Below are positions 46,408-55,514 of a stretch of DNA of 64,000 nucleotides, piece by piece. The stretch comes from an uncultured Methanosarcinales archaeon. GTDB taxonomy: Archaea > Nanobdellota > Nanobdellia > Woesearchaeales > ARS49. The position numbers and the translations under genes were made by a program. Numbering within the stretch: the first letter of the stretch is position 1; each line of letters opens with the position of its first letter. The notes beneath the pieces are model-generated. The model was not told where the DNA came from. It saw only the letters and a list, made by a program, of their open reading frames with translations, and ran no database searches. The DNA is taken from the NCBI GenBank assembly GCA_964637115.1, contig CAZWVL010000001.1, positions 91,105 through 155,104 on the forward strand, written 5' to 3'.

Positions 46408-47232
46408 ATGATTGAACTCGATGTGGCTGTTGAACTGGCGCAGAAAGCAGGCAAGCGCATAATGGAGTTATACAACGACACAACTGCGGGCATCCAGGAA
46501 TGGGCAAAATTAGATCATTCAATTCTAACGCAGGCCGATGTTGATTCCAACCGCATAATTCTGGAAGGCTTGAAAGACGCGTTTCCAAGATACGCCGTTC
46601 TAAGCGAGGAAAGTGTTGACGACAAGAGAAGACTTTCCAGCGATGATTTATGGATTGTCGACCCATTGGACGGCACAAAAGACTTCAAAGGAGGAACAGG
46701 AGATTTTTCAGTACTGATAGCGTACGCCTGGCAAAAACATCCTATTGTTGCTGTCGTTTATGCGCCGGCTCTTGGCAAACTATACACTGCAGAGCTCGGA
46801 GGCGGTGCATATCTTCTTGAAAAAGGACAACAAACAAGATTGAAAGTCTCATCTCATCCGCTTGAAGAAGCAATCATCACGCTCAGCAGAAAAGAATTTG
46901 CTCCAGATGCGGCAGAAGCAGTCAGACAACTCCTTGGAATGAAGGGATTCATACAAGCAGGCAGCATGAGCATCAAAGTCGGATACATTACGGAAGGCAA
47001 AGGAGACCTTTACGTAAATAACGATCCCGGCGCGGGCGAATGGGATTCATGCGCACCAGATCTTATCCTGACAGAAGCGGGTGGCAAAATAACTGACTAC
47101 GATGGCAAACCAATCGCCTACAATAAAGAAGACCCGCACATGCCGCGCGGCATTGTTTGTTCAAACGGACCAATTCATGATGACATCCTAAAAAAGATTG
47201 AACCGATAATCCCACTCAAGCGGACATCGTGA
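46408..47232 (+). CDS. cysQ: Inositol monophosphatase / CysQ (PAP phosphatase) family, paralog 1
   Basis: TQAD, LSEE, WIVDPLDGTKDF, GSMSIK, EWDSCA. Confidence 0.88.
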   Translation: MIELDVAVELAQKAGKRIMELYNDTTAGIQEWAKLDHSILTQADVDSNRIILEGLKDAFPRYAVLSEESVDDKRRLSSDDLWIVDPLDGTKDFKGGTGDFSVLIAYAWQKHPIVAVVYAPALGKLYTAELGGGAYLLEKGQQTRLKVSSHPLEEAIITLSRKEFAPDAAEAVRQLLGMKGFIQAGSMSIKVGYITEGKGDLYVNNDPGAGEWDSCAPDLILTEAGGKITDYDGKPIAYNKEDPHMPRGIVCSNGPIHDDILKKIEPIIPLKRTS

Positions 47233-48053
47233 AAATGACAGAACTCGACATCGCGGTTGAACTGACAAAAAAGGCAGGACAAAGGATAATTGAAATATAC
47301 GACGCAGGAGATGTCATTGCTTGGCAAAAATCTGACAGAACATTCCTGACTCAGGCTGATGTTGATTCAAACGACATTATCGTGGACGAATTGAAGAAGA
47401 TATTTCCCTCGCACGCCATTCTTTCTGAAGAAGAGGAGGACAACAGGAGCAGACTCTCCAACGAGCATCTCTGGATTTTCGATCCGCTTGACGGAACTTC
47501 TGATTTCAGAAGCAGAACAGGAGATTTCGCTGTCATGATTGCTTATGCTCACAAAAACGAGCCAGTATTCGGCGTTGTATATGTTCCAGTACGCGACCAG
47601 TTATACACTGCAGAAAAAGGAAAAGGCGCGTTCCTTACTGAAAGCGGAAGCACCAGACGGCTACGTGTAATACCACGCCTTCTGGAAGAATCAGTCATCG
47701 TATTAAGCAGAAAGGAATTCACACCAGAAGAAGCACAAGAAGTTGGGCGCAAATACGGAGCAAAAGGCGCCATTCAGTCAGGAAGTTTTGGTGTAAAAGT
47801 AGGCCTAATAGCAGAAGGGAAAGCAGACTTTTACATCAACAACGACACCAATGCAGGTGAATGGGACAGCGCTGCACCCGGGCTCATTCTGAAAGAAGCT
47901 GGAGGAACAATCACTGATTACGATGGCAAATTGCTAGCATATAACAAACCCGACCCCCACTTGCCGCGGGGAGCAATATGCAGCACGGGCCGAATACACG
48001 AAGATATCCTTAAAGCAGCCGAGAAATACGCACCACTCAAGCCGCGCAAGTAA
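47229..48053 (+). CDS. cysQ: Inositol monophosphatase / CysQ family, paralog 2
   Basis: TQAD, LSEE, WIFDPLDGTSDF, GSFGVK, EWDSAA; visibly similar to paralog 1 along its length. Confidence 0.88.
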   Translation: MKMTELDIAVELTKKAGQRIIEIYDAGDVIAWQKSDRTFLTQADVDSNDIIVDELKKIFPSHAILSEEEEDNRSRLSNEHLWIFDPLDGTSDFRSRTGDFAVMIAYAHKNEPVFGVVYVPVRDQLYTAEKGKGAFLTESGSTRRLRVIPRLLEESVIVLSRKEFTPEEAQEVGRKYGAKGAIQSGSFGVKVGLIAEGKADFYINNDTNAGEWDSAAPGLILKEAGGTITDYDGKLLAYNKPDPHLPRGAICSTGRIHEDILKAAEKYAPLKPRK

Positions 48054-48094
48054 CGACAGCAACCTTTAAAAAGATACTTCTGATTTTTAGCACT

Positions 48095-49567
48095 ATGCCA
48101 ACAGAAGAAGAACTCATAGCAGAACGCAAGAGAAAAAGAGAAGAACTCTTGAAATTGGGAATTAATCCTTATCCTTACAAATACGAGCCGACGCACAAGT
48201 CAAACGAGCTTCTTGACAAGTACAAAGGATTGCAGCCTGAACAAAGAACTACTGATACAGTGAAAGTTGCGGGAAGAATTGTTGGTCTTAGAAGAATGGG
48301 CAAAGCGACATTCATGCACTTGCTTGACCAAAACGGAAAAGTGCAGATTTATTTCAAGTTTGATGACATTCCTAAGATTTACGAACAATTGAAACTAATG
48401 GACCTGGGAGACTGGTTAGGTGTTGAAGGAACAGTTTTCAAAACAAAAACAGGCGAGATAACAGTCTGGGCGAATAATTTTGAGATTCTCTGCAAAGCAC
48501 TGCGCCCGCTGCCAGAGAAATGGCACGGACTAACTGACATTGAACAAAGGTACAGAAAAAGATACGTTGACTTGTTTGTAAACCCGGAAGTGCGCAAGAC
48601 ATTCTTCCAACGCACTAAGATACTTAATTCACTTAGGAATGAACTTGACAAAAGAGGATTCCTTGAAGTTGAAACACCAATCCTCCAGCCAATTTATGGT
48701 GGAGCTGCCGCAAAACCGTTTAAGTCGCACTTGAACTCATTAAAAATGGACGTTTTTTTAAGAATTGCGCCAGAGTTGTATTTGAAACGATTGATTGTCG
48801 GCGGAATTGAACGGGTCTATGAGATAGGTAAGCTCTTCCGCAACGAAGACATAGACAGGACACATAATCCGGAGTTTAGTTCTATTGAAATTTACCAAGC
48901 ATATGCAGACTTTAATGACGTAAGAGTACTTACCGAAGACCTATGGGTGGCAGCTGCAAAAGCAATTCATGGAAGCACAAAGTTTGAATTCCAAGGACAA
49001 GTCATAGATGTAAAAAAGCCATGGCAAACCTACACGATGGTGGAAGCACTGAAAAAGTTTGCAGGCATTGATTCTGAAAAGTTAACAATGCAGGACATGA
49101 ACAAACTCTGTCAGCAGCACAAGTTGCAAGTTGTTGCCAATCCGTCAAAAGGACAGTTAATTCAAGCCCTATTTGAAGAACTTGTTGAAGATAAACTAAT
49201 ACAACCAACATTCATCACACACCATCCTGTAGAAAGCACGCCTTTATGCAAACCGTGCAGAGAAGACCACCTGAAAGAACACTTTATTGAACGTTTTGAA
49301 GGATACATAGCAGGCATGGAAATAGCAAATGCATACTCAGAATTAAATGATCCAGTGTTGCAAAGATCACTTCTTGAAGCGCAGGCAAAAGAACTCCGCG
49401 CAGGCAGCGAAGAAGCACACCCAATGGACGAAGACTTCATCGAAGCAATAGAATACGGAATGCCGCCAACCGGCGGCTTTGCCATCGGACTAGACAGAAT
49501 GATAATGCTCCTGACAAACAATCCAAGCATTAGAGACGTACTATTTTTCCCATTTATGAAACAGTGA
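48095..49567 (+). CDS. lysS: Lysyl-tRNA synthetase, class II
   Basis: OB-fold N-terminus, YRKRYVDL, LEVETP, RIAPELYLKRL, FRNEDIDRTHNPEF, EYGMPPTGG. Confidence 0.97.
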   Translation: MPTEEELIAERKRKREELLKLGINPYPYKYEPTHKSNELLDKYKGLQPEQRTTDTVKVAGRIVGLRRMGKATFMHLLDQNGKVQIYFKFDDIPKIYEQLKLMDLGDWLGVEGTVFKTKTGEITVWANNFEILCKALRPLPEKWHGLTDIEQRYRKRYVDLFVNPEVRKTFFQRTKILNSLRNELDKRGFLEVETPILQPIYGGAAAKPFKSHLNSLKMDVFLRIAPELYLKRLIVGGIERVYEIGKLFRNEDIDRTHNPEFSSIEIYQAYADFNDVRVLTEDLWVAAAKAIHGSTKFEFQGQVIDVKKPWQTYTMVEALKKFAGIDSEKLTMQDMNKLCQQHKLQVVANPSKGQLIQALFEELVEDKLIQPTFITHHPVESTPLCKPCREDHLKEHFIERFEGYIAGMEIANAYSELNDPVLQRSLLEAQAKELRAGSEEAHPMDEDFIEAIEYGMPPTGGFAIGLDRMIMLLTNNPSIRDVLFFPFMKQ

Positions 49568-49571
49568 TACA

Positions 49572-49910
49572 ATGAACAAAATAATCTTAGGACTAACGGC
49601 CAGAGTAGTGCTCTTTGGCAAAAATGGAAAAAAAGAAGTGATTGCAAGAGTTGACACAGGAGCAACAAAGAGCAGCATAGACCGAGATTTAGCAAAGGAA
49701 CTTGACTTGGGGCCTACATTAACGCATACGAGAATAAAAAGCGCGCACGGCACAAGATACAGGCCTGTCGTGACTTCCGATGTGCTTATTGGTGGTCAGA
49801 TGATACACGCAGAATTCAACATCGCAGAAAGAGAACACATGAAATACAAAGTACTAATAGGACAGAACATTTTAAAAAAGGGCTTCCTGATAGACCCGAG
49901 CAAACCATGA
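49572..49910 (+). CDS. RimK-associated retropepsin-like protease
   Basis: ARVDTGATKSSID, REHMKYKVLIG; overlaps the rimK-like gene (ATGA). Confidence 0.88.
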   Translation: MNKIILGLTARVVLFGKNGKKEVIARVDTGATKSSIDRDLAKELDLGPTLTHTRIKSAHGTRYRPVVTSDVLIGGQMIHAEFNIAEREHMKYKVLIGQNILKKGFLIDPSKP

Positions 49911-50980
49911 AAGCAGCACTTATTTCACTCGGAAGTATTTCTTCGCGCTGGACAATAGAAGCGCTGAAAAAACACTTTGATACAGTAGACCACATAGACA
50001 TCCAAGAATTAGAAGTTTCTCTGGGTGGCAAGAAAGGACAAGTATTGTACCAAGGCAAACCACTGCCAGAATACGACTGCATCTACGCAAAAGGAAGCTT
50101 CAGATACGCAACACTTTTGCGGGCAGTAACCACTTTACTCCAAAAAACAACTTACATGCCCCTGAAAGCAGCATCATACACAATTGGGCATGACAAAGTC
50201 TTGACTCATTTGAAATTCCAAGAAAACAATGTTCCGCAGCCAACAACATACTTAGCTTCAACAGCTGATGCGGGCAAGAAAATAATCAAAAAAGCGACCT
50301 TTCCTGTAGTAATGAAGCTTCCAGCAGGCACGCACGGCAAAGGAGTAATGCTTGCGGACAGCGTGGAAAGCGCGAGCTCAATGATAGACGCACTGGCTCT
50401 GCTAAAACAACCATTCCTGATACAAGAATACATTGAAACAGATGGCCGCGATTATCGCGTTATTGTAGTAGGAGACAAGGTAGCTGCAGCAATGAAAAGA
50501 GTGGCTGCAAAAGGAGAAAAAAGAGCAAACATACATTCAGGTGGCCACGGAGAAAAAGTAGAGCTTGACGAAAAAACAGCAAAAATAGCCATTTCCGCCG
50601 CAAGGGCAACTGGGTGCGATATCTGCGCTGTAGACATCTTAAAATCACCAAAGGGCCCCTTGGTGCTTGAAGTAAATTTGTCGCCAGGACTGCAAGGTAT
50701 CACTAAAGTTACGAAAATAGACGTTGCAAAAATCATCGCTGATTTTCTCTTCAAGCAGACAAAGGTATTCAGAGAAGGCGGCAAGGAAGCAATACTGCGA
50801 GAACTCGCAGCAGAGCAGGAAATACACGGTCCATTAGACTTCAAAGGAAACAGGATATTGCTCCCAGAAATAGTCACAATGGCATCAAAAATAAAAGAAG
50901 ACGATGAAGTCATGCTCAAAGCAAAGAAAGGACATATAGAAATAACAAAAACAGGTTCTGTGGAAAAAGGAAAGGAATAA
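49907..50980 (+). CDS. rimK: RimK-family ATP-grasp alpha-L-glutamate ligase with a C-terminal AbrB-like domain
   Basis: DKVLTH, PVVMK..GTHGKGV, IQEYI, DYRVIVVG, RANIHSGG, LEVNLSPG; tail LDFKGNRILLPE...KEDDEVMLKAKKGHIEI. Confidence 0.88.
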   Translation: MKAALISLGSISSRWTIEALKKHFDTVDHIDIQELEVSLGGKKGQVLYQGKPLPEYDCIYAKGSFRYATLLRAVTTLLQKTTYMPLKAASYTIGHDKVLTHLKFQENNVPQPTTYLASTADAGKKIIKKATFPVVMKLPAGTHGKGVMLADSVESASSMIDALALLKQPFLIQEYIETDGRDYRVIVVGDKVAAAMKRVAAKGEKRANIHSGGHGEKVELDEKTAKIAISAARATGCDICAVDILKSPKGPLVLEVNLSPGLQGITKVTKIDVAKIIADFLFKQTKVFREGGKEAILRELAAEQEIHGPLDFKGNRILLPEIVTMASKIKEDDEVMLKAKKGHIEITKTGSVEKGKE

Positions 50981-50991
50981 TTGACTGTTTT

Positions 50992-51453
50992 TTATTTGGT
51001 ATGAGTTACTTCGTAATATAATATTCCATATGAACTGCTACCTGGTCTCTTGACAAGTTTAAAATATTCTTCTGTCGGGCGTTTTTGTCTGGAAACATCA
51101 AAGGTAAGCTCCACAACCTGGCCTTCTACGCTTTCTCCCAATTCCCACTGCTTCAGTTGAAAGTTCCATTTCTGTAATGCATATTCCTCAACCGGCCCGT
51201 GTTGAACGTCAAAATTTCTTAAAACGCGCACGACAGCTTCAGGAGTGACTTCACTGAGCGCCTGCTTATCAAAAAGATTTGCTGCAGCCTCAAATTCGCC
51301 GTATGCAAGCCGGTCATACCATTCTTCCACTGTTAACATTGCCTCATCTGCTTCCTTTTGACCAGTCTCAATCTGCTTTTGTGTGATTTGAGGAGTACAA
51401 CCTGCAAGGAGAATGAAAAACCCTAGAAAGATTCCTAGTTGCAGCTTAATCAT
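50992..51453 (-). CDS. Lipoprotein-like secreted protein (NTF2-like fold suspected)
   Basis: Lipobox LAGC; EEWYDRLAYGEFEAAANLF. Confidence 0.65.
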   Translation of the reverse strand: MIKLQLGIFLGFFILLAGCTPQITQKQIETGQKEADEAMLTVEEWYDRLAYGEFEAAANLFDKQALSEVTPEAVVRVLRNFDVQHGPVEEYALQKWNFQLKQWELGESVEGQVVELTFDVSRQKRPTEEYFKLVKRPGSSSYGILYYEVTHTK

Positions 51454-51459
51454 AAGTTA

Positions 51460-51882
51460 CTAGCACTCGCCAATAACAATGGAGACAATCTCTCCGCCGC
51501 AGTTATCTGTGCAGACTCTCTCTGCAGCTTCTCTAGTAACTGAAGTAATTCCCTGCTCCATGCAGTTGCAAGTGTAACAACTCTGGTCAGGCAAACCTGT
51601 TTCTGCAGCCCTGCCTGCAGGGAAAGCAATAGTACCCGGCGCTGAAACACCGCTAATGCTTCCTCCATATTCCTTTGCAGCAGGAATGACAAAATGGCCA
51701 GTAACAGGGCTTTCAGATTGGACTTCTGAGCTAATCGCCTCGCCAGAGCTTGCCAATGGAAGATAAGCCTGGCCGGATGCAGAGTTGCCCGGTAAAAGAT
51801 AGAATATAATGCCTCCCAGAGCAGTAACTGCTACTGCCAGGAAAATCAACAATTCCGCATTACCCTTTTTGGACACCATCAT
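51460..51882 (-). CDS. Class III signal-peptide (pilin-like) surface protein, Cys-rich
   Basis: SKKG followed by NAELLIFLAVAV; C-terminal CYTCNC...CTDNC...C. Confidence 0.65.
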   Translation of the reverse strand: MMVSKKGNAELLIFLAVAVTALGGIIFYLLPGNSASGQAYLPLASSGEAISSEVQSESPVTGHFVIPAAKEYGGSISGVSAPGTIAFPAGRAAETGLPDQSCYTCNCMEQGITSVTREAAERVCTDNCGGEIVSIVIGEC

Positions 51883-51908
51883 TCATCACCTGCTTAATAT
51901 GAAAATTT

Positions 51909-52394
51909 TTAAATGTATTGCTGCCTGAAAACACCTGGCGGCAAATCTTCTCTTGACACCTTAGGAATACCTTCTTTTTCCAATTCACGCGGATACGTCA
52001 ACTCAGGACCCCCGCTCGCAATACTATTTTGCTGAACCCTCAAATAATCAATATCATATTTCCCAGGAACCAATTGTGCACCGGCAACACGCCACTTGTT
52101 ACGGCACCACGCCAAACACTGCTTAAGAAAATCACCGCCTCTTCTTTCTAAATCCCATTCATGACGCGGTTTCTCTATAGGCGTGCCGTGACAGGTAGAT
52201 TGACATTGAAGCAAACCATACTGCATTTCGCCTGGACTGGGCATTGGAGGAACATACGCGGCACCCCAAGTGGACCTTAAGCTGAACATACCTTCTGCAT
52301 TATTTTGAGGCAGCAAAACGTAGAATGCGCCTCCAAAAGCAATTACAACAATAACTAAGAATATCCACAACTCTACACTGCCTCTTTTATGCAT
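51909..52394 (-). CDS. Class III signal-peptide (pilin-like) surface protein
   Basis: HKRG followed by SVELWIFLVIVVIAF; CQSTC and CLAWC. Confidence 0.65.
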   Translation of the reverse strand: MHKRGSVELWIFLVIVVIAFGGAFYVLLPQNNAEGMFSLRSTWGAAYVPPMPSPGEMQYGLLQCQSTCHGTPIEKPRHEWDLERRGGDFLKQCLAWCRNKWRVAGAQLVPGKYDIDYLRVQQNSIASGGPELTYPRELEKEGIPKVSREDLPPGVFRQQYI

Positions 52395-52431
52395 ATCCTG
52401 ATTTCAGACGGTTTGATATAAAAAGCTTTCT

Positions 52432-52656
52432 TTATCTATTGTGATTAAGGTGGATAACAAAACCAACAAACATAAACCAAATGACTATAAGGACTGCCAT
52501 GAAAGGCGAAATAGGATCAGTGCCTGGAATACCCTGCAACGCTCCGCCAACCTGAATTGAAGAACTTGACGAAAGCCGCCAGAAAAGAAGGAATGCTGCA
52601 CTGACAACAATAATCAATGCAGTATACAAATGAACCTCTTTCATATTGGTCTTCAA
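52432..52656 (-). CDS. Small two-TM membrane protein
   Basis: 74 aa with two hydrophobic segments. Confidence 0.6.
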   Translation of the reverse strand: MKTNMKEVHLYTALIIVVSAAFLLFWRLSSSSSIQVGGALQGIPGTDPISPFMAVLIVIWFMFVGFVIHLNHNR

Positions 52657-52706
52657 GAGCAGTTGTTATAAAAAGGTTTTTAATGTGCTGCCTGTCCGAC
52701 GATAGC

Positions 52707-53387
52707 ATGAAGCTTGGCGTATTGTATTCGGGAGGCAAGGACAGCACTCTGGCATTAATTAAGGCACAACAGCACCACGAGGTTGCATGCCTAATCAGCA
52801 TTATTTCTGAAAACAAGGAAAGCTTCATGTTCCACACTCCCAATATCGATATGACTTTATTGCAGTCACAGGCACTAGGCATTCCGTTAGTGCGCGTTAC
52901 GACAAAAGGAGAAAAAGAAAAAGAGCTTGAAGATTTGAAAAAAGCGATTGATGAAGCAGTTAAGCGGTATCAGATTGAAGGAATTGTTACGGGTGCAGTC
53001 AAAAGCACTTATCAGGCAAGCAGAGTGCAAAGAATCTGCCACGAACTGGGAATCTGGTGCTTTAATCCATTGTGGCTGATGGACCAGGTTGAATTATTGC
53101 ACGAAGTCTTGCAGAAAGGAATAACGGCAATAATATCTGGCGTTTTTGCAGAGCCATTGGACAAAAGTTATCTTGGAGCTGCAATTGACAGTAAAATGAT
53201 TGAACGACTCGCTAAAGTTGGCTCTACTCACCACATCAATCCCGCAGGCGAAGGCGGAGAAATAGAGACAACAGTGCTTGACGCGCCAATATTCAAGAAA
53301 AAAATCGTGATTACGAAGAACTCAACAGAATATGCCAATTACAGCGGTGTGTTTGCGATAGAAGATGCGAGGCTGGAACAAAAATGA
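52707..53387 (+). CDS. dph6: Diphthine--ammonia ligase (diphthamide synthase, DUF71/COG2102)
   Basis: YSGGKDS PP-loop, SFMFHT, GAVKSTYQ, NPLW, PAGEGGEIET. Confidence 0.93.
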   Translation: MKLGVLYSGGKDSTLALIKAQQHHEVACLISIISENKESFMFHTPNIDMTLLQSQALGIPLVRVTTKGEKEKELEDLKKAIDEAVKRYQIEGIVTGAVKSTYQASRVQRICHELGIWCFNPLWLMDQVELLHEVLQKGITAIISGVFAEPLDKSYLGAAIDSKMIERLAKVGSTHHINPAGEGGEIETTVLDAPIFKKKIVITKNSTEYANYSGVFAIEDARLEQK

Positions 53388-53896
53388 TTCTTATAATCTC
53401 GACTTGCAAAGAACATCTCAGCGAATCAGAATTTGTAAGACCAATAGCCATGTTAATAGAAAACCACAACATTTTACATTATTCAAAAGTCAAGCCAGCA
53501 GACATTAAAGCAGCAGATAAAATAATCATTGCGGGCACGGCACTGAAAGACTTCGATTATCTTGCAGGAGATTTCAGCTGGTTGAAGAAATACGACAAGC
53601 AAGTCTTAGGAATATGCGCTGGAATGCAAGTCGTTGCAAAAGAATTTGGAGTACCACTTGAGGAGCATACAACTATTGGACCGCAGAAAGTGGAAGTAAT
53701 TGAAGACAATAAGCTTGCAAAAGAGGAATTTAACGCATATTTCCTCCACACTAAGACAGGAACAGGCAATTTTAAGGTACTTGCCACGTCAAATGGCAAA
53801 CCGTGCATGATAAAACATAACGAAAAGGAAATATATGGGTGCATCTTCCATCCAGAAGTTATGAACGAAGATATTATCAGGAGGTTTGTACAATGA
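53384..53896 (+). CDS. Stand-alone class I glutamine amidotransferase
   Basis: LGICAGMQ nucleophile elbow and FHPE; overlaps the dph6 stop (ATGA). Confidence 0.88.
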   Translation: MILIISTCKEHLSESEFVRPIAMLIENHNILHYSKVKPADIKAADKIIIAGTALKDFDYLAGDFSWLKKYDKQVLGICAGMQVVAKEFGVPLEEHTTIGPQKVEVIEDNKLAKEEFNAYFLHTKTGTGNFKVLATSNGKPCMIKHNEKEIYGCIFHPEVMNEDIIRRFVQ

Positions 53897-54414
53897 GGTG
53901 GGTGATTTTGACGTTACTTCTCATTGCTGGGTGCACACAAGGAGAACGCACGGCAAAATCTGAGAACCAACATCAAGATGTCCAAGAAACCTTGCAAGAA
54001 AGCCAACCAGCGGCACAAGAAATAGAGCCCGTTGAACTTAAACTTGATAAAACGAAGTATGAAGAACTGATTAATCGACACTGTGCAGACTTCTTACAAC
54101 TCGAAATACATGCTGGAAAATCCATTCAAATGCAAAAACTGGAAAAGGAAATAATGAAGATGGGAGCAAATAATTGCTACGATGACATTGCGACAGTTAC
54201 AAATGAGGAAAAGCTTTGCAAACTAACAGAAGCATTTTCGGCAAGCCAATTACATCACACTACAACGGAAGCGTATGAATATTGCTTGAAAAGCACCGGT
54301 GCCTATAACTTACGACCTGAACTTTGCGAGCAAATAACAACAGAAGAAATCAGAAAACTTTGCTTTGCAGATTTAGAATTTTACAAGGAGGAAAAGGCAA
54401 ATGCCAGTCAGTAA
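53893..54414 (+). CDS. Lipoprotein-like Cys-rich secreted protein
   Basis: Lipobox IAGC; regularly spaced Cys in helical repeats. Confidence 0.7.
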   Translation: MRWVILTLLLIAGCTQGERTAKSENQHQDVQETLQESQPAAQEIEPVELKLDKTKYEELINRHCADFLQLEIHAGKSIQMQKLEKEIMKMGANNCYDDIATVTNEEKLCKLTEAFSASQLHHTTTEAYEYCLKSTGAYNLRPELCEQITTEEIRKLCFADLEFYKEEKANASQ

Positions 54415-54712
54415 AGCCTCGTGGATAACAGTGCTGGTGGGCGCAATTATACAATTATTTACTGCTTATAGAATGGTTACGATAAAATACCTGAACTTTT
54501 TGGCAAAGTATCCCGATTCAGCATATCTTTTTCTTATTGCCGGAGCATTATATTTTGTAATCGGCTTCTTCATGTTCTATACTGTTTTACTTTTACGCAA
54601 AGAAAAGACGTGCAGACGCGGAAGCATATTCGCAATAATTCTAAGTATACTTGGGCTGAATATTGTTGCTCTTGTAGGAGCCATAATAGGCTTCATAAAA
54701 TCACGCAAGTGA
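54401..54712 (+). CDS. Small multi-pass membrane protein
   Basis: 103 aa with 3-4 hydrophobic segments. Confidence 0.7.
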   Translation: MPVSKASWITVLVGAIIQLFTAYRMVTIKYLNFLAKYPDSAYLFLIAGALYFVIGFFMFYTVLLLRKEKTCRRGSIFAIILSILGLNIVALVGAIIGFIKSRK

Positions 54713-54753
54713 TTCCCGCAAAACATAAATACTCGAACGCTCCCCGATGGTTT

Positions 54754-55185
54754 ATGAAACTTTCATTTATTCTGTTGATGTTATTTCTTATCAGCTGCGC
54801 GCCAGCTGCACAGGAAGTAACTACAAAGCCAATTGTTGAATCAAAGCCAATGGTGCAGCCGAAAATCGAAGCGCTGGAGCCCCAGGTCAAAGCTCCCCAA
54901 GTCCAGATTACAGAAACACAACCTCCACAGAAAACAACACCGCCAAAATCAAGTTTGTCGCTGGAACAACAATGCATTGATCTTTGCGAGAATAATTGCG
55001 CAGAAACAGCACAAAATTCCTGCACGCAAAGTGAACGTTCAACGTGCAAAGATTATTGCGGCGACAATCCAGCAGTAGACCCGTCAGCCTGCACGCAAGC
55101 CTGCTCCTATCTCAATCAGCCAAACGTCTGCAAGCAACAGATGGAACAGTTTTGCTCGGCAAATTGTGTATCGTTCTGCCACTAA
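54754..55185 (+). CDS. Lipoprotein-like protein with a Pro/Gln linker and CxxxC-rich domain
   Basis: Signal ending LFLISC; 12 Cys in the C-terminal ~65 aa. Confidence 0.72.
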   Translation: MKLSFILLMLFLISCAPAAQEVTTKPIVESKPMVQPKIEALEPQVKAPQVQITETQPPQKTTPPKSSLSLEQQCIDLCENNCAETAQNSCTQSERSTCKDYCGDNPAVDPSACTQACSYLNQPNVCKQQMEQFCSANCVSFCH

Positions 55186-55496
55186 TTAATCAACTTTACA
55201 AGTTTTTTCTTTTGTGTTTTAGAAAGCGCGGACTTGACAGCATTATCCAGCGCGCTTGATTCGCGTTTCACGTAATCGTAAGCAAGTTCAGGACGAGAAA
55301 CAAGCTTGCCTGCATGAATGACGTATTTTTTCCACGAGATATTTTTAATCTGGTAAATCAGTTCTGCAAGTTCAGCAGCTTCGGATGAATGTTTTTTTGC
55401 GTGTTCTGGCATGCGGTCCGGACTAAGATACGGTTTTCCCTGTGTTCGCTGCAAATACTGCAGGCGTGTTGCTTCGTATAATTCTCTGTCGCCCAT
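55182..55496 (-). CDS. Hypothetical protein
   Basis: 104-aa ORF downstream of srp54. Confidence 0.6.
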   Translation of the reverse strand: MGDRELYEATRLQYLQRTQGKPYLSPDRMPEHAKKHSSEAAELAELIYQIKNISWKKYVIHAGKLVSRPELAYDYVKRESSALDNAVKSALSKTQKKKLVKLIN

Positions 55497-55514
55497 TCTT
55501 CACTCACTATTTTG

